Part shown: piece after piece, positions 1 to 8,300 of the stretch
How the letters are laid out: every line of letters starts with the position of its first letter
Numbering within the stretch: position 1 is the stretch's first letter
From: Gammaproteobacteria bacterium
Lineage (GTDB): Bacteria; Pseudomonadota; Gammaproteobacteria; SURF-13
Direction: 5' to 3'
DNA length: 24,138 nt
Assembly (NCBI GenBank): GCA_043721815.1
Contig: JAYSPZ010000164.1
Coordinates: forward strand, 1 to 24,138
Made by a program: the position numbers and the translations under genes
Notes under the pieces: model-generated
What the model was told of the DNA's origin: nothing
The model's database searches: none
Seen by the model: only the letters and a program-made list of their open reading frames with translations

Positions 1-576
1 AACGAGCGCGACGGCGAAGATCCCACGGTAGAACGATTAATTGCACTTGCGCACGACCCCAAGGTAATCGCTATCGGCGAGACCGGACTCGACTACTTCC
101 GCAACGAGGGCGATCTGGAGTGGCAGCGCGAGCGCCTGCGTAGACACATTCAAGCCGCAAAGATCACCGGCAAGCCGCTGATTATCCACAGCCGCGAGGC
201 GAAAGAGGATACCTTGCGTATCCTCGATGAAGAGGGTGCCGCTGAAATCGGTGGTGTCATGCACTGCTTCACGGAGGACTGGGCAACGGCACAGCGTGCG
301 ATGGAGCTTAATTTTTACATTTCCTTTTCCGGCATCGTCACCTTCGGCAGCGCGAAAGAACTCAAAAAAGTCGCGGCGCAATTACCGCTGGAACGTCTCT
401 TGGTTGAAACCGATTCACCTTATCTCGCGCCCGTGCCGTTTCGCGGCAAGGCCAATCAACCCGCGTATGTACGTTACGTGGCCGAGTATATCGCCGAGCT
501 GCGTAACACCTCGGCCGAGACTATAGCCGCAGCCAGTACGCAAAACTTTTTCCGGCTATTCAAGCACGCCGTGTAA
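1..576 (+). CDS. tatD: TatD family hydrolase (YcfH-like), 5'-truncated by window edge
   Basis: Frame 1 is open from base 1 to TAA at 574-576: ...KVIAIGETGLDY...KPLIIHSRE...GVMHCFT...ISFSGIVTF...LLVETDSPYLAPVPFRGKANQP, all hallmark TatD motifs. The ORF track only picked up the last 120 aa. Confidence 0.93.
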   Translation, partial: NERDGEDPTVERLIALAHDPKVIAIGETGLDYFRNEGDLEWQRERLRRHIQAAKITGKPLIIHSREAKEDTLRILDEEGAAEIGGVMHCFTEDWATAQRAMELNFYISFSGIVTFGSAKELKKVAAQLPLERLLVETDSPYLAPVPFRGKANQPAYVRYVAEYIAELRNTSAETIAAASTQNFFRLFKHAV

Positions 577-578
577 GG

Positions 579-596
579 ACAGGCATGATTGCCTGT
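579..596. repeat. Short perfect hairpin directly after tatD stop (possible terminator or degenerate REP)
   Basis: ACAGGCA(579-585)-TGAT-TGCCTGT(590-596), imperfectly extendable to 571-607. It lies between convergent genes but has no U-tract. Confidence 0.35.
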
Positions 597-676
597 GCCC
601 CCACACCCAGGCCGCGCATATCACGCTGCCGCCGCTGTATGATGCGGCACCATCAGCATAGTGAATGGCTTATGTA

Positions 677-1246
677 CTATTCCTCGTGAGCATGCCCATC
701 CTTTATCTGCGCCTCTGGTACAGTCGCTGCCGCATTGGGATTGGGTGTCATTGTCATTGTTGGGTTCTCTGGCATATCTGCGCTATGGTTGTGCTTGTCG
801 AGTTTAGGCATGGACATGACCCCGATTCCATAACGGTATACAACTTCACCGCCGCGCCAGGCCGTGTAAGCTAATAGCACGGTACCCGCCAGCACTAAAA
901 TTACCAGGAAAGGTCTGATGGGGCGCCCAATGTGATGCCGCCACACTGACCAGGTGGCCAACAATAAGTAGAAGACAAAGGTAATAATCGCCCAATTTCG
1001 ATGTATCTTCATTGCGGCATGCGACGAGTCGTCATGTTTGACCGTGTTGAAGGCCCAAAATCCGAAGATGACGGTGATAACTGTAATTGCGGCACCCAAC
1101 CACAGTGTCCAGCGCGCGAGAATCGTAAATTCATCACGCCAACCAGACGGTTTCATAAGTACCGCAAGTACGTGAAAGATCGCTGAAACGCTTAATAGGG
1201 CCACCGTGAAATGGACAAAAACCGGATGCCAGTTAGGTAATATCAT
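677..1246 (-). CDS. DUF2231-family multi-TM membrane protein with His/Met-containing C-terminal tail
   Basis: N-terminal WHPVFVHFTVALL, four hydrophobic segments, His in MKIHRNWA, C-terminal GGEVVYRYGIGV (typical DUF2231 pattern). GGAG SD about 10 nt upstream. Confidence 0.8.
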   Translation of the reverse strand: MILPNWHPVFVHFTVALLSVSAIFHVLAVLMKPSGWRDEFTILARWTLWLGAAITVITVIFGFWAFNTVKHDDSSHAAMKIHRNWAIITFVFYLLLATWSVWRHHIGRPIRPFLVILVLAGTVLLAYTAWRGGEVVYRYGIGVMSMPKLDKHNHSADMPENPTMTMTPNPNAAATVPEAQIKDGHAHEE

Positions 1247-1399
1247 GGAACACAGACTCCTGTTGATTTTGATGCATTCAGGTCTGCTCAGTGCTGCGCT
1301 TTCGCACTAATTCTCAGGCGGGTACCCAAGCTGGCAAGTTCGATAGACTTTACCAGCCCGGGTTTTTCACCCGATCACTATCGAAACACTGGCGCAGAT

Positions 1400-1783
1400 T
1401 TACTTGCTGGGTTTAATGCTCACGATGCGATAAGCTTCGCCCAACTTCTCCAACTCAAAGTCCACCTTCATGCCCGTCTGAACACCCTGCAACATCGCGG
1501 CATCCTTAACCGGAAAATCCATACTCATAGCCGACCAGTTCAGGCTCTCGATGGGTCCGTGCGAGAGATTGACCTTAGCTGTTGTAGCGTCTATCGCGTT
1601 TACAGTCCCCTGTCCACGATGGGTGTTTTGCACCTGCTCCTTCATGTCGGACATATCGTGACCCTTCATCTCGCCCATGGGCTGATCCTTCATGCCGGAC
1701 ATGTCATGCATGTCAGCATATAAAGGCGTTATCGATACACCCAGCAATACGACTGTTGCAATGGCACTGTTTATTGTCTTCAT
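1400..1783 (-). CDS. cusF: CusF-like periplasmic Cu(I)/Ag(I)-binding protein with Met-rich N-terminal extension
   Basis: Signal peptide, then HGPIESLNWSAMSMDF, which is the CusF H-x7-W-x2-M-x-M metal site. Strong AGGAGG SD. Confidence 0.88.
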   Translation of the reverse strand: MKTINSAIATVVLLGVSITPLYADMHDMSGMKDQPMGEMKGHDMSDMKEQVQNTHRGQGTVNAIDATTAKVNLSHGPIESLNWSAMSMDFPVKDAAMLQGVQTGMKVDFELEKLGEAYRIVSIKPSK

Positions 1784-1864
1784 GTTGCCTCCTGAGGCTA
1801 ATGTTGGTTAAACCACACAAACGTTTTGTTTCTGAAAAATCACCCGCTACTTATTTCGGCCGTC

Positions 1865-2623
1865 TTAGAACATGACCCGCAAACCGGCAACCACCGCAAA
1901 GTCATTAGTACGCTCACCTTCACTGCGCGCGATGTCCGCAGTGCCGCCAAACTTGTTGGTCCAGGACACGCCGATATACGGCGCAAACTCGCGTTTGATT
2001 TCGTAGCGCAGGCGCAGGCCGAGTTCGATATCATTGATGCCGGAGCCGACACCGAATTCCTCGACTTTTTGCGCGGCGGCATTGACCTCCAGGCTCGGTT
2101 GCAAAATCAGACGTTGCGTGAATAGCAACTCATAACTGGCCTCAAGACGCGCGGAGAGATCACCGTCCTCGCTGATGAACAACGCCGGGGTCACCTCGAA
2201 CCAGTACGGTGCCAGCCCTTCAAAACCAATCACGGCAAAGGCGCGCCCACGATCCTGTTCGCCGTAAAGCCTGTCGTAACGCAAGCCTGCCTGAAAATCC
2301 CAGAAGGGTGCCACCAGGCGACTGTACAGTGCTTGTGCCTCCCATTCGCCGCCGCTATCGCCCGATTGGTTAGCCGCGCCATCTGTTCTTAACCACAGCC
2401 TGTTATAGTCACCGCCGATCCAGGCTTGTGCATCCCATTCCAGTGTGTCCGCACCCTGATTCCTGCGATATTCCAGTTCATCTACCAACACGCTGCTGAA
2501 CACCTGACGATCTTCCACCGGCTCAGGCCAGCCCGGCTCCGCCGCCATACCCGTTAGCGGCGTTGTCAGTGCAAATAAGCCAATGGCATACGCACGCAGG
2601 ATCTTGTTCACAGTGACTTTCAT
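1865..2623 (-). CDS. copB: Copper resistance protein B (outer membrane)
   Basis: EWDAQAWIGGDYNRLWL, LYSRLVAPFWDFQAG, GFEGLAPYWFEV, GLRLRYEIKREFAPYIGV and terminal VAGLRVMF. ATGA overlap with the copA stop. Confidence 0.95.
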   Translation of the reverse strand: MKVTVNKILRAYAIGLFALTTPLTGMAAEPGWPEPVEDRQVFSSVLVDELEYRRNQGADTLEWDAQAWIGGDYNRLWLRTDGAANQSGDSGGEWEAQALYSRLVAPFWDFQAGLRYDRLYGEQDRGRAFAVIGFEGLAPYWFEVTPALFISEDGDLSARLEASYELLFTQRLILQPSLEVNAAAQKVEEFGVGSGINDIELGLRLRYEIKREFAPYIGVSWTNKFGGTADIARSEGERTNDFAVVAGLRVMF

Positions 2624-4587
2624 GCGAATTCTCCCTTATCAGGCTGGGATACGGACACCACACGGAACATGCCCATCTCCATGTGTAGCAAAAGATGGCA
2701 GTGAAACGCCCAGTCGCCTGGCGCATCGGCAGTAATCAACAGCGACAGACGCTCACCCGGTTTCACGTTGATGGTGTGCTTGCGCGGCAAATAGTCACCG
2801 GCACCGTTTTCCAGTTCCATAAACATGCCGTGTAAGTGAATCGGATGTTCCATCATGGTGTCGTTGATTAATATCAAACGCAGTCGCTCGCCATACTGAA
2901 ACGCAATCGGCGCATTCGCCTCCGAATAAGTTTTACCGTCGAACGACCACATGAATCGCTCCATATTGCCGGTGAGATGCAACTCGATTTCACGCCCGGG
3001 CGGACGCTTGTCCTCCATCGGTTTTACGTTGCGCAAATCGGTATACACCAGCACGCGCGTGCCGGTATTTTCCAGACCGGTACCAGGCTCGTGGAGACGA
3101 CTGCGCGGCATCTCGGCGACCATCGAGTTGCCTGGGCCGTGCGTGTCGGGGCCGTGTTTGATTGCGGCGTTCTTGCCGGGCATATCCATACCCTTCATGT
3201 TCATGCCGGACATGTCGTGCTTCATATCACCCATGCCACTCATATCCATACCCTTCATGTTTGACATGTCGTGCTGCATGGTTCCACCGGAGGACTTGCC
3301 CATGTCTTTCATGCTCGTGTCCGGCATGCTGTGTTTCATCCCCCCCATGTCGTCCATCTTCATGCCCGGCATATCGTGCTGCATCGCGCCAGCGGGCACG
3401 CCTTTTTGCATATCACCCATCTTCATGCCCGACATATCGTGCTGCATGCCACCCATACCCATGTCGGACATAGTGCGTAGCGGGGCTGGCCGCCGTTCGG
3501 GAATCGGTGCCGTCAGTCCCTCACGCGCTGTCAGCGTACCGCGTGCATAACCGCTGCGATCCATGCTTTCGGCAAAGATGGTATAGGCACGCTCCTCTTG
3601 GGGTTCGACGATTACGTCATAGGTTTCCGCCACACCGATGCGGAATTCTTCCACGGTTACCGGTTGCACATTCTGGCCATCCGCCTGCACCACGGTCATC
3701 TTGAGACCGGGAATGCGCACATCGAAGTAGGTCATCGAAGAACCATTGATAAAGCGCAGACGCACGCGCTCACCACGCCGGAACAGGCCGCTCCAGTTAG
3801 ACACAGGTGCCAAGCCATTCATCAGATAGGTGTAGGTATAGCCGCTGACATCCGCCAAATCGCTTGGCGACATGCGCATTTGCGCCCACATCATGCGCTC
3901 GGCCATCGTGGTATCCCAGCCGTTCTTTTTTACGTCGCTGAGAAAGTCACCTACCGTGCGTTGCTGGAAGTTGTAGTAATTACTTTGTTTTTTTAACTTG
4001 GCCAGGACGTGATGCGGATTTTCAAACGTCCAATCCGACAACATGACTATGTACTCGCGGTCGTAGGAAAACGGCTCCGGTTCGACAGGATCAATAATCA
4101 TCGCCCCGTAGTGGCCCAACTGCTCCTGCATGCCACTGTGGCTGTGATACCAATAGGTGCCGCTCTGCTTAACCGGGAATTGATAAGTAAATGTCTCACC
4201 CGGTTTGATGCCCGCGAAACTCACACCCGGCACACCATCCATCACCGCTGGCAAAATGAGGCCATGCCAGTGTATAGACGAGTCTTCATCGAGATCGTTA
4301 GTCACGCGCAGGATGGCGTTTTGCCCTTCACGCAAGCGCACCAAAGGCCCGGGGATCGAGCCATTAACCGTGATCGCGTGCGCATCGCGCTCGCCAATGC
4401 GCAGCGCCGTTCTCTGGATGCGCAGGTCAAGTGCTTGCGCATCTTCCCCAACAGACGCGGCCTTGCGCAGCCCAGTGTATTCGGCGGCATACGCAGGTGC
4501 GAGACGCTCAAGGCCCGCCAACAGCCCCATCGCCGCCATGCTTTTTAAGAGATCACGCCTCGTAAACCCGGGGTTGTTACGATTCAT
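2620..4587 (-). CDS. copA: CopA-type multicopper oxidase (Tat-exported)
   Basis: Tat motif FTRRDLLK; four Cu motifs IHWHG, WYHSH, HPIHLHG, HCHLLLHMEMGM. Start moved from TTG 4629 to ATG 4587 because an AGAGGA SD sits 8 nt upstream of it and the Tat signal begins there. Confidence 0.96.
   Translation of the reverse strand: MNRNNPGFTRRDLLKSMAAMGLLAGLERLAPAYAAEYTGLRKAASVGEDAQALDLRIQRTALRIGERDAHAITVNGSIPGPLVRLREGQNAILRVTNDLDEDSSIHWHGLILPAVMDGVPGVSFAGIKPGETFTYQFPVKQSGTYWYHSHSGMQEQLGHYGAMIIDPVEPEPFSYDREYIVMLSDWTFENPHHVLAKLKKQSNYYNFQQRTVGDFLSDVKKNGWDTTMAERMMWAQMRMSPSDLADVSGYTYTYLMNGLAPVSNWSGLFRRGERVRLRFINGSSMTYFDVRIPGLKMTVVQADGQNVQPVTVEEFRIGVAETYDVIVEPQEERAYTIFAESMDRSGYARGTLTAREGLTAPIPERRPAPLRTMSDMGMGGMQHDMSGMKMGDMQKGVPAGAMQHDMPGMKMDDMGGMKHSMPDTSMKDMGKSSGGTMQHDMSNMKGMDMSGMGDMKHDMSGMNMKGMDMPGKNAAIKHGPDTHGPGNSMVAEMPRSRLHEPGTGLENTGTRVLVYTDLRNVKPMEDKRPPGREIELHLTGNMERFMWSFDGKTYSEANAPIAFQYGERLRLILINDTMMEHPIHLHGMFMELENGAGDYLPRKHTINVKPGERLSLLITADAPGDWAFHCHLLLHMEMGMFRVVSVSQPDKGEFA
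3181..3447 (-). repeat. In-frame Met/His-rich repeats (M[QK]HDM[SP]GM) inside copA
   Basis: Exact 21-nt repeat at 3181-3201 and 3241-3261; 31-nt repeat with one mismatch at 3354-3384 and 3417-3447. Confidence 0.9.
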
Positions 4588-4615
4588 AAGTATTTCCTCT
4601 AGTGGATCAACAAAT

Positions 4616-4649
4616 ATGACACCACGCAATACACGGCGCGTGGTGTCAT
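4616..4649. promoter_or_regulatory. 12-bp perfect inverted repeat upstream of copA SD
   Basis: ATGACACCACGC-N10-GCGTGGTGTCAT. On the minus-strand mRNA it is followed by AUUUGUUG and ends about 15 nt before the SD. Function is inferred only. Confidence 0.5.
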
Positions 4650-4804
4650 GTAGGTTTTCACGCAGTCCGCCCGCGATACCGAGGGCGGTTGGATGCTCGC
4701 ATACCGTCTATCATTGCTCAACCAGCCCAGTTATCTCCGGGCGGTATAACCGAGCAGCCTTCTTGGATAACGACATCAGCCTATGCCGTCAAAAAACAAT
4801 TTTA

Positions 4805-4853
4805 AGGAATCTCTGATTTATTCAGAGATTCCTGCGGCATAGGGATATGCCGC
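4805..4853. terminator. Two abutting perfect hairpins (possible terminator/attenuator between efflux and cop blocks)
   Basis: AGGAATCTCTGA-N5-TCAGAGATTCCT (4805-4833) and GCGGCATA-N4-TATGCCGC (4834-4853). On the minus strand they are followed by TAAAATTGTTTTTT, so the U-tract is not directly adjacent. Confidence 0.5.
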
Positions 4854-4872
4854 CATTAAGTCTCCAGGGCAT
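4822..4872 (-). CDS. Putative 16-aa leader peptide or gene remnant MPWRLNGGISLCRRNL
   Basis: AGGAAAGGAGAA directly precedes ATG at 4872; TGA at 4824-4822 lies in the 5' arm of the 12-bp hairpin. Confidence 0.3.
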   Translation of the reverse strand: MPWRLNGGISLCRRNL

Positions 4873-4900
4873 TTCTCCTTTCCTGAGACCAACTAAGGTC

Positions 4901-5347
4901 TTACCGCACTGTGTAGTTTTCTCGCATTGTCTTCAGAACCTTCTGCAATTTTTGGAAATTAGACTCCGTGCCGACTTTATCCTTAGCATCGCCACTGGCA
5001 TCCAAGCGTTCGGCTAAAGTTGCTACGAACTGACTATTGGTTTTAATTTTTGCCAGCTTGTCAGCAGGCAAGGCACCGGAACGGGCTGGTATTGCCGCTA
5101 CGAGATCACGGATAGCAAAGGCGTGAAGGTGCACTTCATTGAGCTTGCCGGTTTCGATAACCTTCGCTAGCTCCTCGCTTCGTTTATCTATTGATTGCCA
5201 AATAGCGTCAGTGGTGGTTGGAACCTCTACTTTGGTCTCGGGTTTTTCTGCCGCTTGCGCGGACGGGTTAAATAGCGCGCTGCCAACCAGCAGCGCGCCG
5301 AGTAGAGCGGTCTGGGGTTTAACAATTTTCATCAATGTCTTCTTCAT
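4901..5347 (-). CDS. Secreted alpha-helical protein of unknown function, coupled to the RND pump gene
   Basis: Signal peptide ending AQA-A, amphipathic helical pattern, EVHLHAF motif. ATGA overlap with the RND stop at 5344-5347. Confidence 0.8.
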   Translation of the reverse strand: MKKTLMKIVKPQTALLGALLVGSALFNPSAQAAEKPETKVEVPTTTDAIWQSIDKRSEELAKVIETGKLNEVHLHAFAIRDLVAAIPARSGALPADKLAKIKTNSQFVATLAERLDASGDAKDKVGTESNFQKLQKVLKTMRENYTVR

Positions 5348-8300
5348 GCTGCGGACTCCTCTGGATTAAGTTGCGGATTCGATTGCTGTGGGGCTTTAAC
5401 TTGCTGCGCAGCCAACTTGGCCTCACGACGCTCACGCCATTGCTCCATACGGTTATAGACGGTAGGCACCACAACCATATTCAATAAGGTGGCCGTCACC
5501 AGCCCGCCCAATACGACTTGTGCCAGGGGACGCTCCAGCTCTTTGCCGACCGGAGAACCCCACAGCAGTGGAATCAAACCTAGTGCGGCAGTGGCCGCCG
5601 TCATCAGCACCGGCACCAGACGATCCAGCGTGCCTTGCACCACGACTTCATGCAGCGGCTTGCCCTCGGCGCGCAACTGGCTGTAGTGGCTGACGAGGAT
5701 GATGCCGTTGCGCGTGGCGATGCCGAACAGGGTGATGAAGCCGATGATGGCGGCCACGCTCATGTTCGCACCCGCCAGATAAAGGCTGACGATGCCACCG
5801 ATCATCGCAAGCGGCAGGTTGAACATTACCAGCAGCGCTTCGCGGAAAGTGCCGAAGGCTTTATATAGCAATAGCAGCGCACCAAATATGGCCAGCAGGC
5901 CGAAGCTGAGCAGGGTGCGGTTCGCTGCCTGCTGGGACTGGAACTGGCCGCCATATTCAAAGTAGTAGCCAGGCGGCAGTTTGATCTCCTTGTTGATTGC
6001 CACCTGCGTATCGGCGATGACACTGCCGAGGTCGCGGCCCTGTACGTTGAAACCAACCACCAGCAGGCGCTGCACGCTCTCGCGACTGATCGCGTAAGGT
6101 TGATCCTCTACATTCACATCGGCGACTTGGCGCAAGGGAATCTTACCGTTGCCCTTCTCCAATACGGATGCATCCACCAGAATGTTGCGGATATCCTCTA
6201 CACTGTTGCGTTGCGAACTCTGTAGACGCACGTTGAGGTCGAAGGTGCGGTGCCCTTCCAGAATGCTGGAGACGTTTTCGCCGTTGAGGAACAGCTGGAT
6301 GTCCTGGGCCACGTCGCCCACGTTGATACCGTAGCGGGCGGCCTTTTCGCGGTCGATCTTGATGCTCACCTGGGGCACGTTGATCTGCTGCTCGACGTTG
6401 ATATCCACCGCGCCGGGTACCTTCTGGAGTATGCCACGCACCTGTTGGCCAAGTTGATATAGCTGCGGTAGTTTTTCGCCGAAAATTTTGATGGCAACCT
6501 GAGCACGCACCCCGGATTCCACCTCGTCGAAACGGTGCGCGATAAACTGGCCGATGTTGAACACGGCACCCGGTATATTGCCAAGATCCTTGCGGATGTT
6601 TTCCAATAGAACATTTGCGGATATATCGCGATTTTTTTCAAAATCCAGGCGCACGTCGAACTCACTGAAATTGGGCGGCTGTGCATCTTCGTCGAGTTCA
6701 CTGCGTCCGGCACGTTGCGAAATGGAGACAACTTGCGGATATTTCAACATGTCCCGGCGCACCAAGTCGCCGAGACGCATGGATTCCTCCAGCGAAGTGC
6801 CGGGCAAAGTCACCATGGAGACGATGAAGTTACCCTCCTGAAATTCGGGCAGGAACGAACGACCAAACAAGGGCAACAAGGACAGCGTCAGTGCCAAAGC
6901 TAGCACGGACATCCCTACCACCCACCAGAAGCGGCGCAGCGCCACGTTCAGCAGGCGCGAAAATTGGCGCTTCAGTCCAATCACGAAACGCGTTTCCTTT
7001 TCATGCCCTTCACCGCTGCCGTGGCCAGCAGTGTCGGCGGCGAGTTCCCGGCGACCCAGGGCGCGCAGCTTCACGTCCCGATCCAGGCGTTTTTCGTCCT
7101 TGCGCACTAGCAGGAAATAACAGAGCGCTGGCACCGTGGTCACCGCCACGACCAGCGATACGGTCACGGAGGCGATATAGGCGATGCCCAATGGGCTAAA
7201 AATGCGTCCAGCCAGATCTTCCAGGAAAAAGATCGGCAGAAAAATCAGGATAATGATGAACGTGGCATACACGACCGAATTGAGAATTTCCTGCACCGCG
7301 TCGAACACCACCTCCATCGGTGGCAGCGGACGCTCGGCGTTGCGGTTCAGGCGCAGCCGGCGCACCACGTTCTCTACCGTGATGATGCCGTTGTCCACCA
7401 CCTCGCCAATGGCGATGGCGAGGCCTCCGAGTGTCATGGCGTTGATGCCGATGTCGAAGGCGTACATCACTAAAATGCCGCCCACGAACGACACCGGCAT
7501 GGACAAAAAGGTGATGAAAGAGGCGCGCCAGTTCGCCAGGAATATGAACAACACGGCGATGACGATCAGCGCGCCTTCCAAGAGCGCAACATTCAGGTTG
7601 TGCACTGCTGTCTCGATGAAGTTGGCTTGGCGGAATACCTGAGCTTCCATCTTCACACCGGGCGGCAACTTCTGCTTAATCTCGGCCAGCGTCTTCTCCA
7701 CCTTCGCGGTGGTGGTGACGGTATCGGCCCCGTAGGCCTTGGACACCGTGCCGATCACCGCGTCTTTCAAGCCATAGGCACCATCACCGCGCTTGATCTC
7801 GCCACCGAAGACCACCTCGGCTACGTTGGCGATGGTGATGGGCACCTGGTCACGCACGGTTATCAGCGTGGTTTTGATGTCATCCAGCGAAGTGATCCGG
7901 CCTATGCCGCTGACGATGAATTCCTGTCCGGGTTGCTGCAGGAAGGCACCCGGAACATTGACATTGGCGTTGCGCAAAGCGTCGCGTACCTGTTCGATGC
8001 TGATGTTGTAGGCCAGCATGCGTTGCGGATCGAGGCGCACTTGGTATTGCTTGACCTCGCCGCCGATGGAGACCACAGAGGCAATGCCGCCCAGCGACAA
8101 AATGCGCGGGCGGATGTCCCAGTCGGACAAGGTGCGTAGTTCTTCCGGTGATACGCTATCGCTGGTCAGCGCGTATTTGACCAGCCAGCCCACTGCCGAA
8201 GTAACGGGTAGCATCACCGGGATGCTACCCGGTGGCAAACGGCCTTGCACATTCTGGATACGCTCGTTTACAAGCTGACGATCTAGATAGACATCCGTGC

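Noticed and set aside
4588-4629. Longer starts given by the track for copA (4629), OMF (11301) and VOC (17809)
   Set aside because: Downstream ATGs have better SD or signal-peptide context; the extensions run through hairpins or REP sequence.
4725-4790. Short minus-strand ORFs upstream of copA (MSLSKKAARLYRPEITGLVEQ, MIDGMRASNRPRYRGRTA) as CutF-like leaders
   Set aside because: No SD, no Cys/His motif and no terminal Pro-rich arrest motif.
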